Part shown: positions 10,328-20,950 of the stretch, in pieces
Layout of the letters: every line of letters starts with the position of its first letter
Position numbering within the stretch: the stretch's first letter is position 1
Source: Desulfatiglandales bacterium
GTDB lineage: Bacteria > Desulfobacterota > DSM-4660 > Desulfatiglandales > Desulfatiglandaceae
Direction: 5' to 3'
DNA: 64,000 nucleotides
Assembly: GCA_963666345.1 (NCBI GenBank)
Contig: OY762721.1
Location: 192,001-256,000, forward strand
Translations under genes and position numbers: made by a program
Notes under the pieces: generated by a model
What the model was told of the DNA's origin: nothing
Database searches by the model: none
What the model saw: the letters and a program-made list of their open reading frames with translations, nothing else

Positions 10328-11449
10328 ATGATGGAAAAAAGAGATTACTATGAAGTCCTGGGCGTTTCCAGAAACGCAGGACAAGAAGAAATAAAAAAGG
10401 CATATAGAAAGCTGGCACTCAAATATCACCCGGACAGAAACCCTGAAGACAAGGACGCTGAAGATCTTTTCAAGGAAGCGGCCGAGGCATACGATGTCCT
10501 GAGTGACAATGAAAAAAAACAGGTCTACGACCGATTCGGTCATCAGGGGCTTGAGGGAAGAGGCTTTACAGGTTTCAGCGGGTTCGAAGATATCTTTTCC
10601 AATTTCGGTGACATATTTGAAGATTTTTTCAGCTTCGGAGGCCGCAGGCAGAGAGGCTCAAGGGCAAGACAGGGTAAAAGCCTCAGGTATGATCTTGAAC
10701 TGAGCCTTGACGAGGCATTTTTCGGAATAGAAAAGGAGATCTCTTTTCAAAAATATGAAGGATGCGCGACTTGCGAAGGATCTGGAATGAAGCCGGGCAG
10801 TCAACCTCAAACGTGCCCGACATGCAACGGCAGAGGCCAGGTTATCAGGTCCCAGGGTTTTTTTCAGATCAGCTCAACCTGCCCGTCATGCCACGGACAG
10901 GGACAGATAATTACTGATCCCTGTGAAGACTGTGGGGGGCACGGCAAGGTATCCATTGAAAAAAGCATCAACGTGAAGATCCCTCCCGGAGTCGACACCG
11001 GTTCTCAACTGCGACTTCGAAACGAAGGAGAACCGGGTGAATTGGGTGGACCCTCAGGAGACCTCTTTGTTGTAATATATGTAAAGGAACATGAATTTTT
11101 CCAAAGAGACGGCGACGATCTGCGTTGTCAATTACCTGTTTCATTCGTCCAGGCAGCCCTTGGAGACACCATACAGATACCCATACTCGGTGAAGAAAAA
11201 GGATACAGGCTTGAAATCCCTGCCGGCACCCAGCCTGGAGATACCCTGAGGGTTTCAGGCAAGGGCATGTCGAGTCTCAGGGGAAGGCACAGGAGAGGCA
11301 ATCTTTATGTTCACATAAGCGTAAAAATACCGGAAAGGCTCAACCAGGAACAAAGGGAGCTTCTCGAGGCCTTTGCAAAGACGGAGGAGTTGGATATAAG
11401 CGAAAAAAAAGCTAAAAAAAAGGGCTTTTTAAAAAAGATAATGGCATGA
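10328..11449 (+). CDS. dnaJ: Chaperone DnaJ
   Basis: J domain with HPD, G/F region, four CxxCxGxG zinc-finger repeats. Confidence 0.97.
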   Translation: MMEKRDYYEVLGVSRNAGQEEIKKAYRKLALKYHPDRNPEDKDAEDLFKEAAEAYDVLSDNEKKQVYDRFGHQGLEGRGFTGFSGFEDIFSNFGDIFEDFFSFGGRRQRGSRARQGKSLRYDLELSLDEAFFGIEKEISFQKYEGCATCEGSGMKPGSQPQTCPTCNGRGQVIRSQGFFQISSTCPSCHGQGQIITDPCEDCGGHGKVSIEKSINVKIPPGVDTGSQLRLRNEGEPGELGGPSGDLFVVIYVKEHEFFQRDGDDLRCQLPVSFVQAALGDTIQIPILGEEKGYRLEIPAGTQPGDTLRVSGKGMSSLRGRHRRGNLYVHISVKIPERLNQEQRELLEAFAKTEELDISEKKAKKKGFLKKIMA

Positions 11450-11554
11450 AAGAGGTTTTTAAAGTAACAGGTTAACCCTCTTCACAAGCATTCGGGGTTT
11501 AAGTTTTAATTTACCAGAACCTACAGAATCCATTTAGAACGGGGCGATCAAACC

Positions 11555-11920
11555 ATGTTAAGTGATGAGAAAAAGCAATACTTTAAAGAATTACTCGGTA
11601 CCAGGCTAAACGAACTTTTAAACACAGCGAACAAGACGGTCAGCGGGATGACCGATCAGGGGCAGAATTTTCCAGATCCGACCGACAGGGCTTCAATGGA
11701 ATCAGACAGGAATTTTGAACTCAGGATACGCGACCGCGAACGCAAATTGATAGCAAAGATAAAAGAGGCCCTTGAAAGGATAGAACAGGGGACCTTCGGT
11801 ATTTGTGATGAATGCGGTGAAGATATCTCCGAAGAGAGACTGACAGCACGGCCGGTTACCACGCTATGTATCGAGTGCAAGAAAAAGCAGGAAACGGACG
11901 AGAAGGTAAAGGGATTATGA
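11555..11920 (+). CDS. dksA: RNA polymerase-binding protein DksA
   Basis: PDPTDRASME, RDRERKLI, CDEC...CIEC zinc finger. Confidence 0.96.
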   Translation: MLSDEKKQYFKELLGTRLNELLNTANKTVSGMTDQGQNFPDPTDRASMESDRNFELRIRDRERKLIAKIKEALERIEQGTFGICDECGEDISEERLTARPVTTLCIECKKKQETDEKVKGL

Positions 11921-11955
11921 TCTGATATCCAGCAAACTCCCACGATGTTTCCAGC

Positions 11956-11988
11956 AGGCCGGTTAATGGAAAATGACCGGCCTTTTTT
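11956..11988 (+). terminator. Intrinsic terminator after dksA
   Basis: Stem AGGCCGGTTA/TGACCGGCCT followed by a T run. Confidence 0.7.
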
Positions 11989-12074
11989 ACTCATTGAAGT
12001 TATCTGATGAAAGATATCATTTTCACCCCTGCTTCAGGTTGAAGACCTGAATGGCGTTGTGATAAACTTCTTAT

Positions 12075-14780
12075 ATGGTAAAAAACGGAAGAATAAAAGG
12101 CAGTGCAAAAAAAGAGGCCTCCAAGGACATCTATGAAGAGGTTATCACCACCCATATAAACGCCGATTTCGATGCCCTTGCCTCCATGATCGCTGCTCGC
12201 AAACTCTACCCTGAAGCAGCCCTTGTATTTCCCGGTTCGCAGGAAAAGAACCTCCGTAATTTTTTTCTTCAATCCACCTCTTATATTTTTGATTTCAAGA
12301 AAATCAAACAGTTGAATCTTGAAAGCATAAAAAAGCTTATCCTTGTGGATACGCGGCAGAGAAGCAGAATAGGCAGATTTTCAGAGGTCATTGATAGGAA
12401 GGATGTTGAGATCCACATCTTTGATCATCACCCTGAATCGGACGATGATATACGCGGGAGTTTCGAGTTAATAAAAAAGGCGGGTTCAAATACGGCTATT
12501 CTAACATCCTTATTAAGAGAAAGGCACATACCTGTTTCCCTTGACGAGGCGACGATCATGTGTCTCGGGATACATGAAGACACAGGATCTTTCACCTTTT
12601 CCTCCACCACTGCTGAAGATTACAAGGCCGCGGCGTGGCTTACCCAACAAGGTGCGGATCACAACCTCATAGCCGATATGCTTACCAGGGAACTTACGGC
12701 GGAACAGGTATGGGTACTCAACGACCTTACCCAAGCCGCCACCACCAGGGTGATAAACGGGGTTGAAGTGGTTATTACAAAGGTGATAAGGGACGATTAT
12801 GTAGGCGATTTCGCCGTGCTTGTCCACAAGCTGATGGAAATGGAGAGTCTTAACGTCCTTTTCGCGCTGGGCCAGATGGAGGACCGTATTCATGTGGTTG
12901 CCAGGAGTCGCATTGAGGAAGTAAACGTGGCGGAAATCGCCCTTGCCCTTGGGGGTGGAGGGCACCCTCAGGCGGCATCGGCAACGGTAAAAAACAAGAC
13001 ATTGATGCAACTTGAAAGGTCCCTTCTCGCACTGCTCAGAAACCGCATAAGACCTATCAAAAAAGCAGGTGACATGATGGTTTCACCTGTGATTAACGTC
13101 TCCCCCGAGGATACCCTGAAAAAGGCCACCAATCTTTTGACCAGGTACAATATAAATGTCCTGATGGTAATCAACGGGCAAGGAGCCCTGAAGGGTTATA
13201 TTTCCCGGCAGGTGGTTGAAAAGGCGGTCTATTTCGGCCTTGAACTGCTCAAGGTAAAGGAATACATGAATATCGAGTTTTCCATCGTAAGGCCTGAGGC
13301 AAGTCTAAGGGAGGTGCAGGAGCTTATTATAAGAAACAAGATGAGGATACTTCCTGTCGTGGAAAAGGGGGTCGTCGTCGGCGTTATTACCAGAACGGAT
13401 CTTCTTAATATCCTCCTTGGTGATCCGGTTATCCCGGAATTTCTTTATGATTTCAAGACGGATTCCCAATTAGCGCGCAAGAAAAACATGGCAACGCTCC
13501 TGAAGGAACGCCTGCCCAGAAAATTGATACGGCTCATAAAGGCGTTCGGGCACATCGGCGATACGCTGGGAACCAAAGTATACCTTGTCGGCGGGATTGT
13601 CAGGGATGTAATGCTCAAGAAGGAGAATCTCGACGTGGATATAGTTGTCGAGAAAGACGGGATCCTTTTTGCTCATGAATTTGCCAGACAACATGATGTG
13701 AGGGTTAGAAGTCACCGTAAATTCGGAACAGCCGTTCTGATATTCCCGGATGGATTCAAGGTTGATGTGGCTACTGCCAGGATGGAATATTATGAATCTC
13801 CGGGGGCACCCCCTGTTGTTGAGTCCAGTTCCCTCAAAATGGACCTCTACCGCAGGGATTTCACAATAAACACCCTTGCAATAAGGCTTAACAAAAGGGA
13901 ATACGGTACCCTGATAGATTATTTCGGTGCGCAGAAAGACATAAAAGAAAGGGTGCTTAGAGTACTTCACAACCTCAGCTTCGTGGAAGACCCAAGCCGG
14001 GTGTTCAGGGCCGTAAGGTTTGAAAACAGGTTCGGATTCAAGATCGGCAAACTCACCTTGGCCTTGATAAAGAATGCCGTTCGAATAAATACATTCAAGG
14101 ACGTTTCAGGAAGACGCCTTCTGTTGGAATTAAGGCTTATCCTTAATGAAGAAAATCAGTTGAGCGCAATAGACAGGATGCATCAACTCGATCTGCTTCA
14201 GGTCATATCACCAAGAATACGGTTTACCGAAACCTTAAGGTTATTGCTGGAGGAGATAGAAAAGGTTATTGGATGGTATAAGTTGCTTTTTCTTGAAGAG
14301 CCGGTTGAATCGTGGCAGGTTTATTGGCATGGCATTACATCACAGGTTGAACCCGGGCACCTGAAAGAAATCTTTGAAAAAATGGATTTCATTGATAAAG
14401 ACGGGGTCAGGATTCTCAATCAGAGAAAGGCCGTTACCAAGCTTTGGGATGAACTGTTCAGGTACAAAGGAGACAACTATCTTTTGTATACATTACTTAG
14501 CCCCTATGATACAGAATTATTGTTATATCTGATGGCAAAGGCCCAGAGTGAAAAGGTCAGAAGGCTTATTTCAAAATATTTCACCCAGCTAAAAGGCACA
14601 AAAGTAAGCATGAACGGAAAAGACCTTCTATCAATGGGCATAAAACCGGGACCTATATTCAAGCAGGTCTTTGAAAGACTCTTACAGGCCCGTATGAACG
14701 GTCTGCTTAAATCGAAGGACGATGAAATCGACTTTGTTCATAAAAATTTCAAGGAAAAAATAGCAGCCCAGCATCAATAA
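12075..14780 (+). CDS. DHH/DHHA1-CBS-class II tRNA nucleotidyltransferase (likely A-adding enzyme)
   Basis: THINADFD, DHH, GGGGHPQAASA, CBS pair, VGGIVRD, DVDIVV, RRDFTIN, EDPSR. Confidence 0.88.
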   Translation: MVKNGRIKGSAKKEASKDIYEEVITTHINADFDALASMIAARKLYPEAALVFPGSQEKNLRNFFLQSTSYIFDFKKIKQLNLESIKKLILVDTRQRSRIGRFSEVIDRKDVEIHIFDHHPESDDDIRGSFELIKKAGSNTAILTSLLRERHIPVSLDEATIMCLGIHEDTGSFTFSSTTAEDYKAAAWLTQQGADHNLIADMLTRELTAEQVWVLNDLTQAATTRVINGVEVVITKVIRDDYVGDFAVLVHKLMEMESLNVLFALGQMEDRIHVVARSRIEEVNVAEIALALGGGGHPQAASATVKNKTLMQLERSLLALLRNRIRPIKKAGDMMVSPVINVSPEDTLKKATNLLTRYNINVLMVINGQGALKGYISRQVVEKAVYFGLELLKVKEYMNIEFSIVRPEASLREVQELIIRNKMRILPVVEKGVVVGVITRTDLLNILLGDPVIPEFLYDFKTDSQLARKKNMATLLKERLPRKLIRLIKAFGHIGDTLGTKVYLVGGIVRDVMLKKENLDVDIVVEKDGILFAHEFARQHDVRVRSHRKFGTAVLIFPDGFKVDVATARMEYYESPGAPPVVESSSLKMDLYRRDFTINTLAIRLNKREYGTLIDYFGAQKDIKERVLRVLHNLSFVEDPSRVFRAVRFENRFGFKIGKLTLALIKNAVRINTFKDVSGRRLLLELRLILNEENQLSAIDRMHQLDLLQVISPRIRFTETLRLLLEEIEKVIGWYKLLFLEEPVESWQVYWHGITSQVEPGHLKEIFEKMDFIDKDGVRILNQRKAVTKLWDELFRYKGDNYLLYTLLSPYDTELLLYLMAKAQSEKVRRLISKYFTQLKGTKVSMNGKDLLSMGIKPGPIFKQVFERLLQARMNGLLKSKDDEIDFVHKNFKEKIAAQHQ

Positions 14781-14842
14781 ACTGCTGAGGCAAACGCAAG
14801 GCTGTTACAAAAGACCTTTGGTTGCCGGACCAGGCTTATTAA

Positions 14843-15547
14843 ATGGAATATGAAGTCAAACTTGAGATATTCGAGGGTCCCCTTGATCTTCTGATACACC
14901 TGATTCATAAAAATGAGGTCGATATATTTGATATACCTATCTCAATAATCACTGATCAATATCTCGAATACATTGATATGATGAAGGCGCTCAATGTGGA
15001 CATTGCGGGCGATTTTCTGGTTATGGCCTCAACTCTCATTCATGTCAAGTCCAAGATGCTGCTTCCGGGATTGAACAACGAGGAGGAAGATGATCCCAGG
15101 GTGGAAATAACACGTCCCCTTCTCGAATATATGAAGTTCAGGGAAATTGCCGGGGAGTTTTCAGACAGAGACCTTCTTGAAAGAGACGTCTTCAGGCGTG
15201 AACTGGCTCCCTATTTTGAAAAAGACCCCTCAGAGGACGAATCAAGGCTGGAGGTCAATCTGTTCCAGTTGATGGATGCATTCAAGCGCATAATTGAAAA
15301 AAGTCTGCCGGAACCTCAGTTGAAAATGCAGGGTGACAAATGGAGTTTAAAAGAAAAAATAGAGGCGATTACAGCCCTTGTAAAAGAAAAAGGGCCAGTC
15401 TTTTTCAGCGACATTTTCACATCTGACAGAGGCATGTCGGAAATGGTGGTTAGTTTTTTGGCCGTTCTTGAATTGATACATGTTGGTAAGATTAGAGTCA
15501 TTCAACCCAATTTGGAAAGCGACATACGCCTGATTCCATGTTTCTGA
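14843..15547 (+). CDS. scpA: Segregation and condensation protein A
   Basis: FEGPLDLLIHLI...FLAVLEL. Confidence 0.95.
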   Translation: MEYEVKLEIFEGPLDLLIHLIHKNEVDIFDIPISIITDQYLEYIDMMKALNVDIAGDFLVMASTLIHVKSKMLLPGLNNEEEDDPRVEITRPLLEYMKFREIAGEFSDRDLLERDVFRRELAPYFEKDPSEDESRLEVNLFQLMDAFKRIIEKSLPEPQLKMQGDKWSLKEKIEAITALVKEKGPVFFSDIFTSDRGMSEMVVSFLAVLELIHVGKIRVIQPNLESDIRLIPCF

Positions 15548-15677
15548 ATAAGGATTATATCCAGCTGAGCGGTCGTGCCCCCTTGCCGAAAAACCTGTTG
15601 GTATTTTCGGCTCCCATTTTTCCAACCGGATTGGAAAGAAACCATAAACGATTTTCATTCGTAAGGTAAAATCTATC

Positions 15678-16298
15678 ATGTCGGATGAACTTAAGCTCAT
15701 AATTGAATCCCTTCTGTTTACCTCAGGCAGGCCCCTGAGCGTGAAAGACATAGCTTCTCTTCTGCCTGATGAAAAAAAAGGCATTGTAAAAGAGGCCATA
15801 GAGTCCCTTAAAGATGACTATGATTCTTTTGACAGGAGTTTTGTGCTCAAGGAGGTTGCAGAGGGCTACCAGTTCAGGACTAAATCCAGCTACTCGCCTT
15901 ACATACTCAATATGCTGAAAAAATCACCTGCCAGGCTTTCCCGAGCCGCCCTCGAAACGCTTGCCATTATAGCCTATAAGCAGCCTATAATACGCCAGGA
16001 GATCGAAAGGATACGTGGGGTGGACGCTGGCGGCATATTGAGAACCCTGATGGAAAAGGGAATAATAAGGATAATGGGCCGAAAAAAACTTCCGGGTCGG
16101 CCCCTTATCTATGGGACGACTAATAAATTTCTGGAAATTTTTGATCTTAAGGACCTTCAATCCCTTCCGAGGCTGAAAGAGATAAAGGAATTTTCACCTG
16201 ATGAAGAAAACGGTTCCGAAACCGGGACAGGGAGCCAACATGAAGGACATGAACAGGAAAACCGGGAACCGGATCAACCGAATAACGGTTCGGATTGA
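15678..16298 (+). CDS. scpB: Segregation and condensation protein B
   Basis: LSRAALETLAIIAYKQP...IRGV...PGRPLIYGTT. Confidence 0.95.
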   Translation: MSDELKLIIESLLFTSGRPLSVKDIASLLPDEKKGIVKEAIESLKDDYDSFDRSFVLKEVAEGYQFRTKSSYSPYILNMLKKSPARLSRAALETLAIIAYKQPIIRQEIERIRGVDAGGILRTLMEKGIIRIMGRKKLPGRPLIYGTTNKFLEIFDLKDLQSLPRLKEIKEFSPDEENGSETGTGSQHEGHEQENREPDQPNNGSD

Positions 16299-16311
16299 AA
16301 CAAGGTAAATC

Positions 16312-17031
16312 ATGAGATTAAATCAGATAATAGCCTCGGCCGGTTTGACCTCGCGCCGCAAGGCGGACGAGTGGATCACGGCAGGAAGGGTTTCGGTAAA
16401 CGGCAGTCCGGTTCGAAAGCTGGGAACCAAGGCCGTGTGGGGCACCGACAGCATAATGGTGGACGGAAAAGAGATCCCCGGGCCTTCTGAAAGAATCTAC
16501 GTTATGATGAACAAGCCGTTCGGCTATATTTGCGCCCTTGAAGAACCTGAAGGCAGGCGGCTTGTCACAGACCTGCTTGAGGGGATCTCCACCAGGATCT
16601 ATCCTGTGGGACGCCTGGATTTTGATTCTCTCGGCCTCCTGCTCCTCACAAATGACGGGCAGCTCACCAATCGCCTTACCCATCCCCGATACGGTCTTCC
16701 AAGGACCTATAAGGCGACCATTGAAGGATCTATCTCCGATGAGGCATTAAAAAAACTGACCAGGGGCGTGAACCTGGACGACGGTCCGAGCGGTCCGAGC
16801 AAGGTGGCCGTCGTAAGCAGGAAAGGCAGGCAGAGCGTGGTAAGGATAACCATAACCCAGGGAAGAAACAGACAGGTGAGAAGAATGATTTCCGCGGTGG
16901 GGTACGACGTAGTTCATTTGATAAGAACCGGCTTTGGCACGCTAATGCTTGGTGACCTGAAATTGGGCAGATACAGACATATTGAGGATCAGGAGCTGAG
17001 AGATCTAAAAAGGCTCGTGGGTCTAAAATAG
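16312..17031 (+). CDS. rluB: RsuA/RluB-family rRNA pseudouridine synthase
   Basis: S4 domain SRRKADE, catalytic GRLD, GRNRQVRRM; follows scpAB. Confidence 0.88.
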   Translation: MRLNQIIASAGLTSRRKADEWITAGRVSVNGSPVRKLGTKAVWGTDSIMVDGKEIPGPSERIYVMMNKPFGYICALEEPEGRRLVTDLLEGISTRIYPVGRLDFDSLGLLLLTNDGQLTNRLTHPRYGLPRTYKATIEGSISDEALKKLTRGVNLDDGPSGPSKVAVVSRKGRQSVVRITITQGRNRQVRRMISAVGYDVVHLIRTGFGTLMLGDLKLGRYRHIEDQELRDLKRLVGLK

Positions 17032-17084
17032 TTTTTTTTGTTTACAAAGGATTCCTCATTATTGTATCAAGTCAGTAGTTCATC

Positions 17085-17159
17085 GGGCGGTTAACTCAGC
17101 GGGAGAGTGCCATCCTCACACGGTGGAAGCCCCGGGTTCAAACCCCGGACCGCCCACCA
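17085..17159 (+). tRNA. tRNA-Val (CAC)
   Basis: GGGCGGT/ACCGCCC acceptor, anticodon arm CCATC-CT-CAC-AC-GGTGG, TTCAAAC T-loop, encoded CCA. Confidence 0.96.
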
Positions 17160-17197
17160 CCTAAAAGGTATTGACAGACAAGCGTTCTGATTATTCG

Positions 17198-17237
17198 ACC
17201 TTCTGTAATTTCTATTATTACAGGAGGTTTTCTTTTT
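17198..17237 (+). terminator. Intrinsic terminator after tRNA-Val
   Basis: 12-bp stem ACCTTCTGTAAT/ATTACAGGAGGT followed by TTTCTTTTT. Confidence 0.75.
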
Positions 17238-17504
17238 ATAGGCACACGAAATATTAGGCATCTTCCGACTCGGAATCCTCCACGCCTCGAGTCTGAAATC
17301 TTACTGAAGCCCGGCAGGAATTACAGAGAATTTAAAGGCCCCGGTCGACTGTGCGCGGATATGTCGTAAATATTAGTATTTTACCATATTGAAAAAGCAT
17401 TTAAAATTAAATTAACATGCTGGTTTTTAAATCGCTTTCATGTATACTTAAGGTATATGTTTTCCGTAAGGTTTGCACCCAACTGGGATTAGGCAGGTGG
17501 CGGA

Positions 17505-18155
17505 ATGTTTTCATTTCTATTCAAAAAAGAACATCACCTGGAATCTTTGATCTACGAATATCTTGATGCCCTGTCCGAGGCTCAGGAAAATTTCTCGCTG
17601 GCACTGCACGTGTGCGTTGAAAACCAGCATTGCGAGCAGTTTGATTTTCTCACGGAACAGACCCATAAGCTGGAATCCAAGGCGGATGACATCAGGGAAA
17701 ACATTAAATCCCTTATGTACAGAAAGGCCCTTATCCCCGACTCACGGGGTGATATTATGGGTCTGCTTGAGGCGATTGATGAGATCCCCCGTGTGTTCGA
17801 GGAAGTCCTTTACATACTCCAGCTTCAGAAACTTACCATTCCCGAATTCATACTTTTCGATTTCAACGAAATCATCCGCATAAGCCTGGAATGTTGCGAT
17901 CTGCTGGATAAGCAGGTCAGGATCTTTTTCAGGAGATCCGGAAGCATCCGGGAACTGATATCAAAGATTGATATAAATGAGAGTCATTGCGACCACATAG
18001 AGCGTCGAATCATCATGAATATCTTCAACTCCCAAACCGACCCCTTTCAAAAGCTGCAACTCAAAGAACTCATATTAAAGATAGGGGACATAGCGGATAA
18101 GGCGGAAAGCGTTTCCAGACGCGTAAACATAATCAACATGAAGAGGCGGGTCTGA
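17505..18155 (+). CDS. DUF47 / PhoU-like phosphate transport accessory protein
   Basis: ESKADDIR...ESHCDHIE...IADKAE helical repeats; stop overlaps the PiT start (TGATG). Confidence 0.88.
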   Translation: MFSFLFKKEHHLESLIYEYLDALSEAQENFSLALHVCVENQHCEQFDFLTEQTHKLESKADDIRENIKSLMYRKALIPDSRGDIMGLLEAIDEIPRVFEEVLYILQLQKLTIPEFILFDFNEIIRISLECCDLLDKQVRIFFRRSGSIRELISKIDINESHCDHIERRIIMNIFNSQTDPFQKLQLKELILKIGDIADKAESVSRRVNIINMKRRV

Positions 18156-19099
18156 TGTTATCTCTTTTGGGAGGTATCTTTCTGGGGTGGTCACTTGGAG
18201 CAAACGACGCATCCAATGTCTTCGGCACTGCCGTTTCCTCCAGGATGATCAAATTCTGGACCGCTGCCCTGCTCGCCTCTTTTTTTGTCATCGCCGGTGC
18301 CCTTGTATCTGGCAGGCCCGGAATCGAGACACTTAAAGGACTTACTACCTTCAAACTCGAACATGCGGTAATAATATCGATAGCCGCCGCCCTTACCGTT
18401 ACCGTCATGACGGTGATGGCCCTTCCCGTATCCGCATCTCAGGCGGTCATCGGCGGCATTCTCGGGATAGGCATCCTGAATAAACAGATTTATCTGTCAG
18501 GACTTGGAAAGGTGATCCTCTGCTGGGTCGGAACTCCCACAGGTGCCGCCCTGATTGCGTTTTGCACATACTACGCGCTGGGAAGACTGTATAATCACCT
18601 CAGGTTTACAATTTTTAACGCTGATATCCTGATCCGTACCTGCATGATAATAGCTGGGTCATACGGGGCATACGCCCTGGGAGCAAACAATGTGGCTAAT
18701 GTGACCGCTGTGTTCGTTGGTGCAGGCACATTGAGCGTCTTTAACGCGGCCCTTATAGGCGGGGCAAGCATAGCTCTCGGCATCCTGACCTTCAGCAGGC
18801 CGGTCATGGAAACCGTGGGTAGACGGCTAATCGAACTGGACCCCTTCTCCGCCCTTATCGTTGTCCTCTCACTTGCCATTACGGTACACATATACGCGCT
18901 CATAGGAGTGCCGGTCTCCACATCCCAGGCGGTAATAGGAGGAGTGCTCGGCATCGGCATAATCAAAGGAGTAAAAACCATAAGCAGGAAAACGCTGAGG
19001 CATATCCTCATTGCATGGTCCCTTACACCCATAATTGCCTGCTTTCTTTCCATGGTTATCTATTTTTCGGTACATTTGCGCTACATGCCTCATCATTAG
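18155..19099 (+). CDS. PiT family inorganic phosphate transporter
   Basis: Duplicated signatures GANDASN and GANNVAN; PVSASQ and PVSTSQ. Confidence 0.92.
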   Translation: MLSLLGGIFLGWSLGANDASNVFGTAVSSRMIKFWTAALLASFFVIAGALVSGRPGIETLKGLTTFKLEHAVIISIAAALTVTVMTVMALPVSASQAVIGGILGIGILNKQIYLSGLGKVILCWVGTPTGAALIAFCTYYALGRLYNHLRFTIFNADILIRTCMIIAGSYGAYALGANNVANVTAVFVGAGTLSVFNAALIGGASIALGILTFSRPVMETVGRRLIELDPFSALIVVLSLAITVHIYALIGVPVSTSQAVIGGVLGIGIIKGVKTISRKTLRHILIAWSLTPIIACFLSMVIYFSVHLRYMPHH

Positions 19100-19327
19100 C
19101 GTCTTTTGAACCTTTTTTACTTCCATTTCAGCCTTTATCCGTTCCTGGGTCTTAAGGGCCCTTTTCTTTGAAAGGGCATTGGGTTACCATAAAATCGGTT
19201 GATCAGCTGTAAAGCCTTTTAGCTCTTGCCAAGATTCCGGATTATGATGTAAAGATAAAAAAGTGGGATTAAACTATATGTCTTTTTATGGTCTGCCCTA
19301 ACGCCGGAAACAAGGAGCGGCACGTAG

Positions 19328-19825
19328 ATGATCCAGAAAAAAATCTGCATGTTAGGAACATTCGCAGTCGGAAAGACAAGCATTGTAAGACGCTTTACGG
19401 AAGACATGTTTTCTGAAAAATATCTCACTACAGTTGGGGTCAAAATAGATAAAAAAGAGGTTGAACTCGACGGCGACAAGGTAATGCTGCTGCTATGGGA
19501 TCTTGAGGGTGAGGATGACTTTACCGAAATAAAACTCTCCTATCTGAGGGGGGCGTCAGGATACCTTCTCGTGGCAGACGGAACCCGCGCAGAGACTTTT
19601 GACATAGTAATTGATATCCAGAAAAAGGTGGAGGCATCACTGGGAACGCTGCCTTTTCTTTTACTCATTAACAAGTGTGACCTTACGGATCTCTGGGAGA
19701 TCGAGGAAATGGACGGCCTGCAGAGACTTTCTGAAAATGGATGGGATCTCCTTACAACAAGCGCCAAGACCGGTTTAAATGTTGACACGGCATTTGCAAA
19801 GCTGGTTGCCAGGATGATTCGATGA
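19328..19825 (+). CDS. Small Rab/Ras-like GTPase (Rup-type)
   Basis: G1 GTFAVGKT, G2 YLTTVG, G3 WDLEG, G4 NKCD, G5 TSAK; AGGAG RBS. Confidence 0.92.
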   Translation: MIQKKICMLGTFAVGKTSIVRRFTEDMFSEKYLTTVGVKIDKKEVELDGDKVMLLLWDLEGEDDFTEIKLSYLRGASGYLLVADGTRAETFDIVIDIQKKVEASLGTLPFLLLINKCDLTDLWEIEEMDGLQRLSENGWDLLTTSAKTGLNVDTAFAKLVARMIR

Positions 19826-19838
19826 TAACAGGAGTAGG

Positions 19839-20924
19839 ATGAAAGGACCGGACGAAAAGATAACCGAACCTTTACTTGTCGAGCTCATGGCCGCTTTGGA
19901 CATGCTGGTATTGGAACGAATTAAGGCTTATGAGTACAGGGTACAGGGAGAGATTCCAAAATTTTTCAGACGCCTTTATCTTGATGGAGTTCCTGAAGGG
20001 GGGCCTTTCAGATTCTGGGAAATCGCGCCTTTTATAGATCATTTTCTTGAACAGGCTGAACCCTTCTGGATGCTGGGAAGCAGGGGTCGTCTCAATTCCG
20101 GCACCTGGATCGAAAACGACATAAAAGGCAACCGGTATCAGTTGAACGCATCGGCGCTCTGTATTGGGGACAGCAGGATTCTTCTAATCCAGAACCTTAG
20201 TCAGGAAAACGAAATACAATCAAAACTCAAGCAGAGCGCACGTGAGGCAATGCTGGCAAAACGGACCCTGGAGGCGCAGGTCAAGGCAAGGACAAAAGAT
20301 ATAAGAAACCGCGAAGAAGAACTTGCAGTACGCCTTTTGTCCGCGATAGAATACCGGCACGGGGACACAGGCGCTCACATACGCAGGATAGGCCTCTATG
20401 CGGAGCTGCTGGCCGCTAAACTTGGATGGACGCCTGAACAATGCTACGACATCCGTATCGCAGCCCCCCTGCACGATGTAGGCATGATAGCGATTCCTGA
20501 TTCCATTCTACTGAAACCGCGACGTCTGAATCCAGAGGAATTCGATATCCTTATGAAGCACCCTGAAATAGGTTACGAAATGCTGAAGGACTCCGAGATA
20601 CCGCTTTTGCGAATGGCAGCCGATATCGCAAGGTATCACCATGAAAAATGGGACGGCACCGGCTATCCGGAGGGCCTCTCCGGAGACGCCATTCCTCAAA
20701 GCGCGAGGCTCACAACCATATGCGATATATTTGATGCCCTTATTAATTCTCAGGTCTACAGGGGATCTTTGACGTTTGAAAGCGCAACAGAGATCATAAA
20801 AAGTGAGAGCCACCGATTCGATCCTGATATCTACAGCTGTTTTGTGGATATTTTACCGGAGATCCGGGCCATATGGTGGCAAAACCTGCAAGAGGGAAGC
20901 AAGGGGGAAAATACCGTTAAATAG
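19839..20924 (+). CDS. HD-GYP protein with an uncharacterised N-terminal domain
   Basis: HDVG, HHEKWDGTGYP, DIFDAL; ~120-aa N-terminal domain plus coiled coil; 13 nt after the GTPase. Confidence 0.88.
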   Translation: MKGPDEKITEPLLVELMAALDMLVLERIKAYEYRVQGEIPKFFRRLYLDGVPEGGPFRFWEIAPFIDHFLEQAEPFWMLGSRGRLNSGTWIENDIKGNRYQLNASALCIGDSRILLIQNLSQENEIQSKLKQSAREAMLAKRTLEAQVKARTKDIRNREEELAVRLLSAIEYRHGDTGAHIRRIGLYAELLAAKLGWTPEQCYDIRIAAPLHDVGMIAIPDSILLKPRRLNPEEFDILMKHPEIGYEMLKDSEIPLLRMAADIARYHHEKWDGTGYPEGLSGDAIPQSARLTTICDIFDALINSQVYRGSLTFESATEIIKSESHRFDPDIYSCFVDILPEIRAIWWQNLQEGSKGENTVK

Positions 20925-20950
20925 ATTGCCATGCTTGACCACTCGATACC

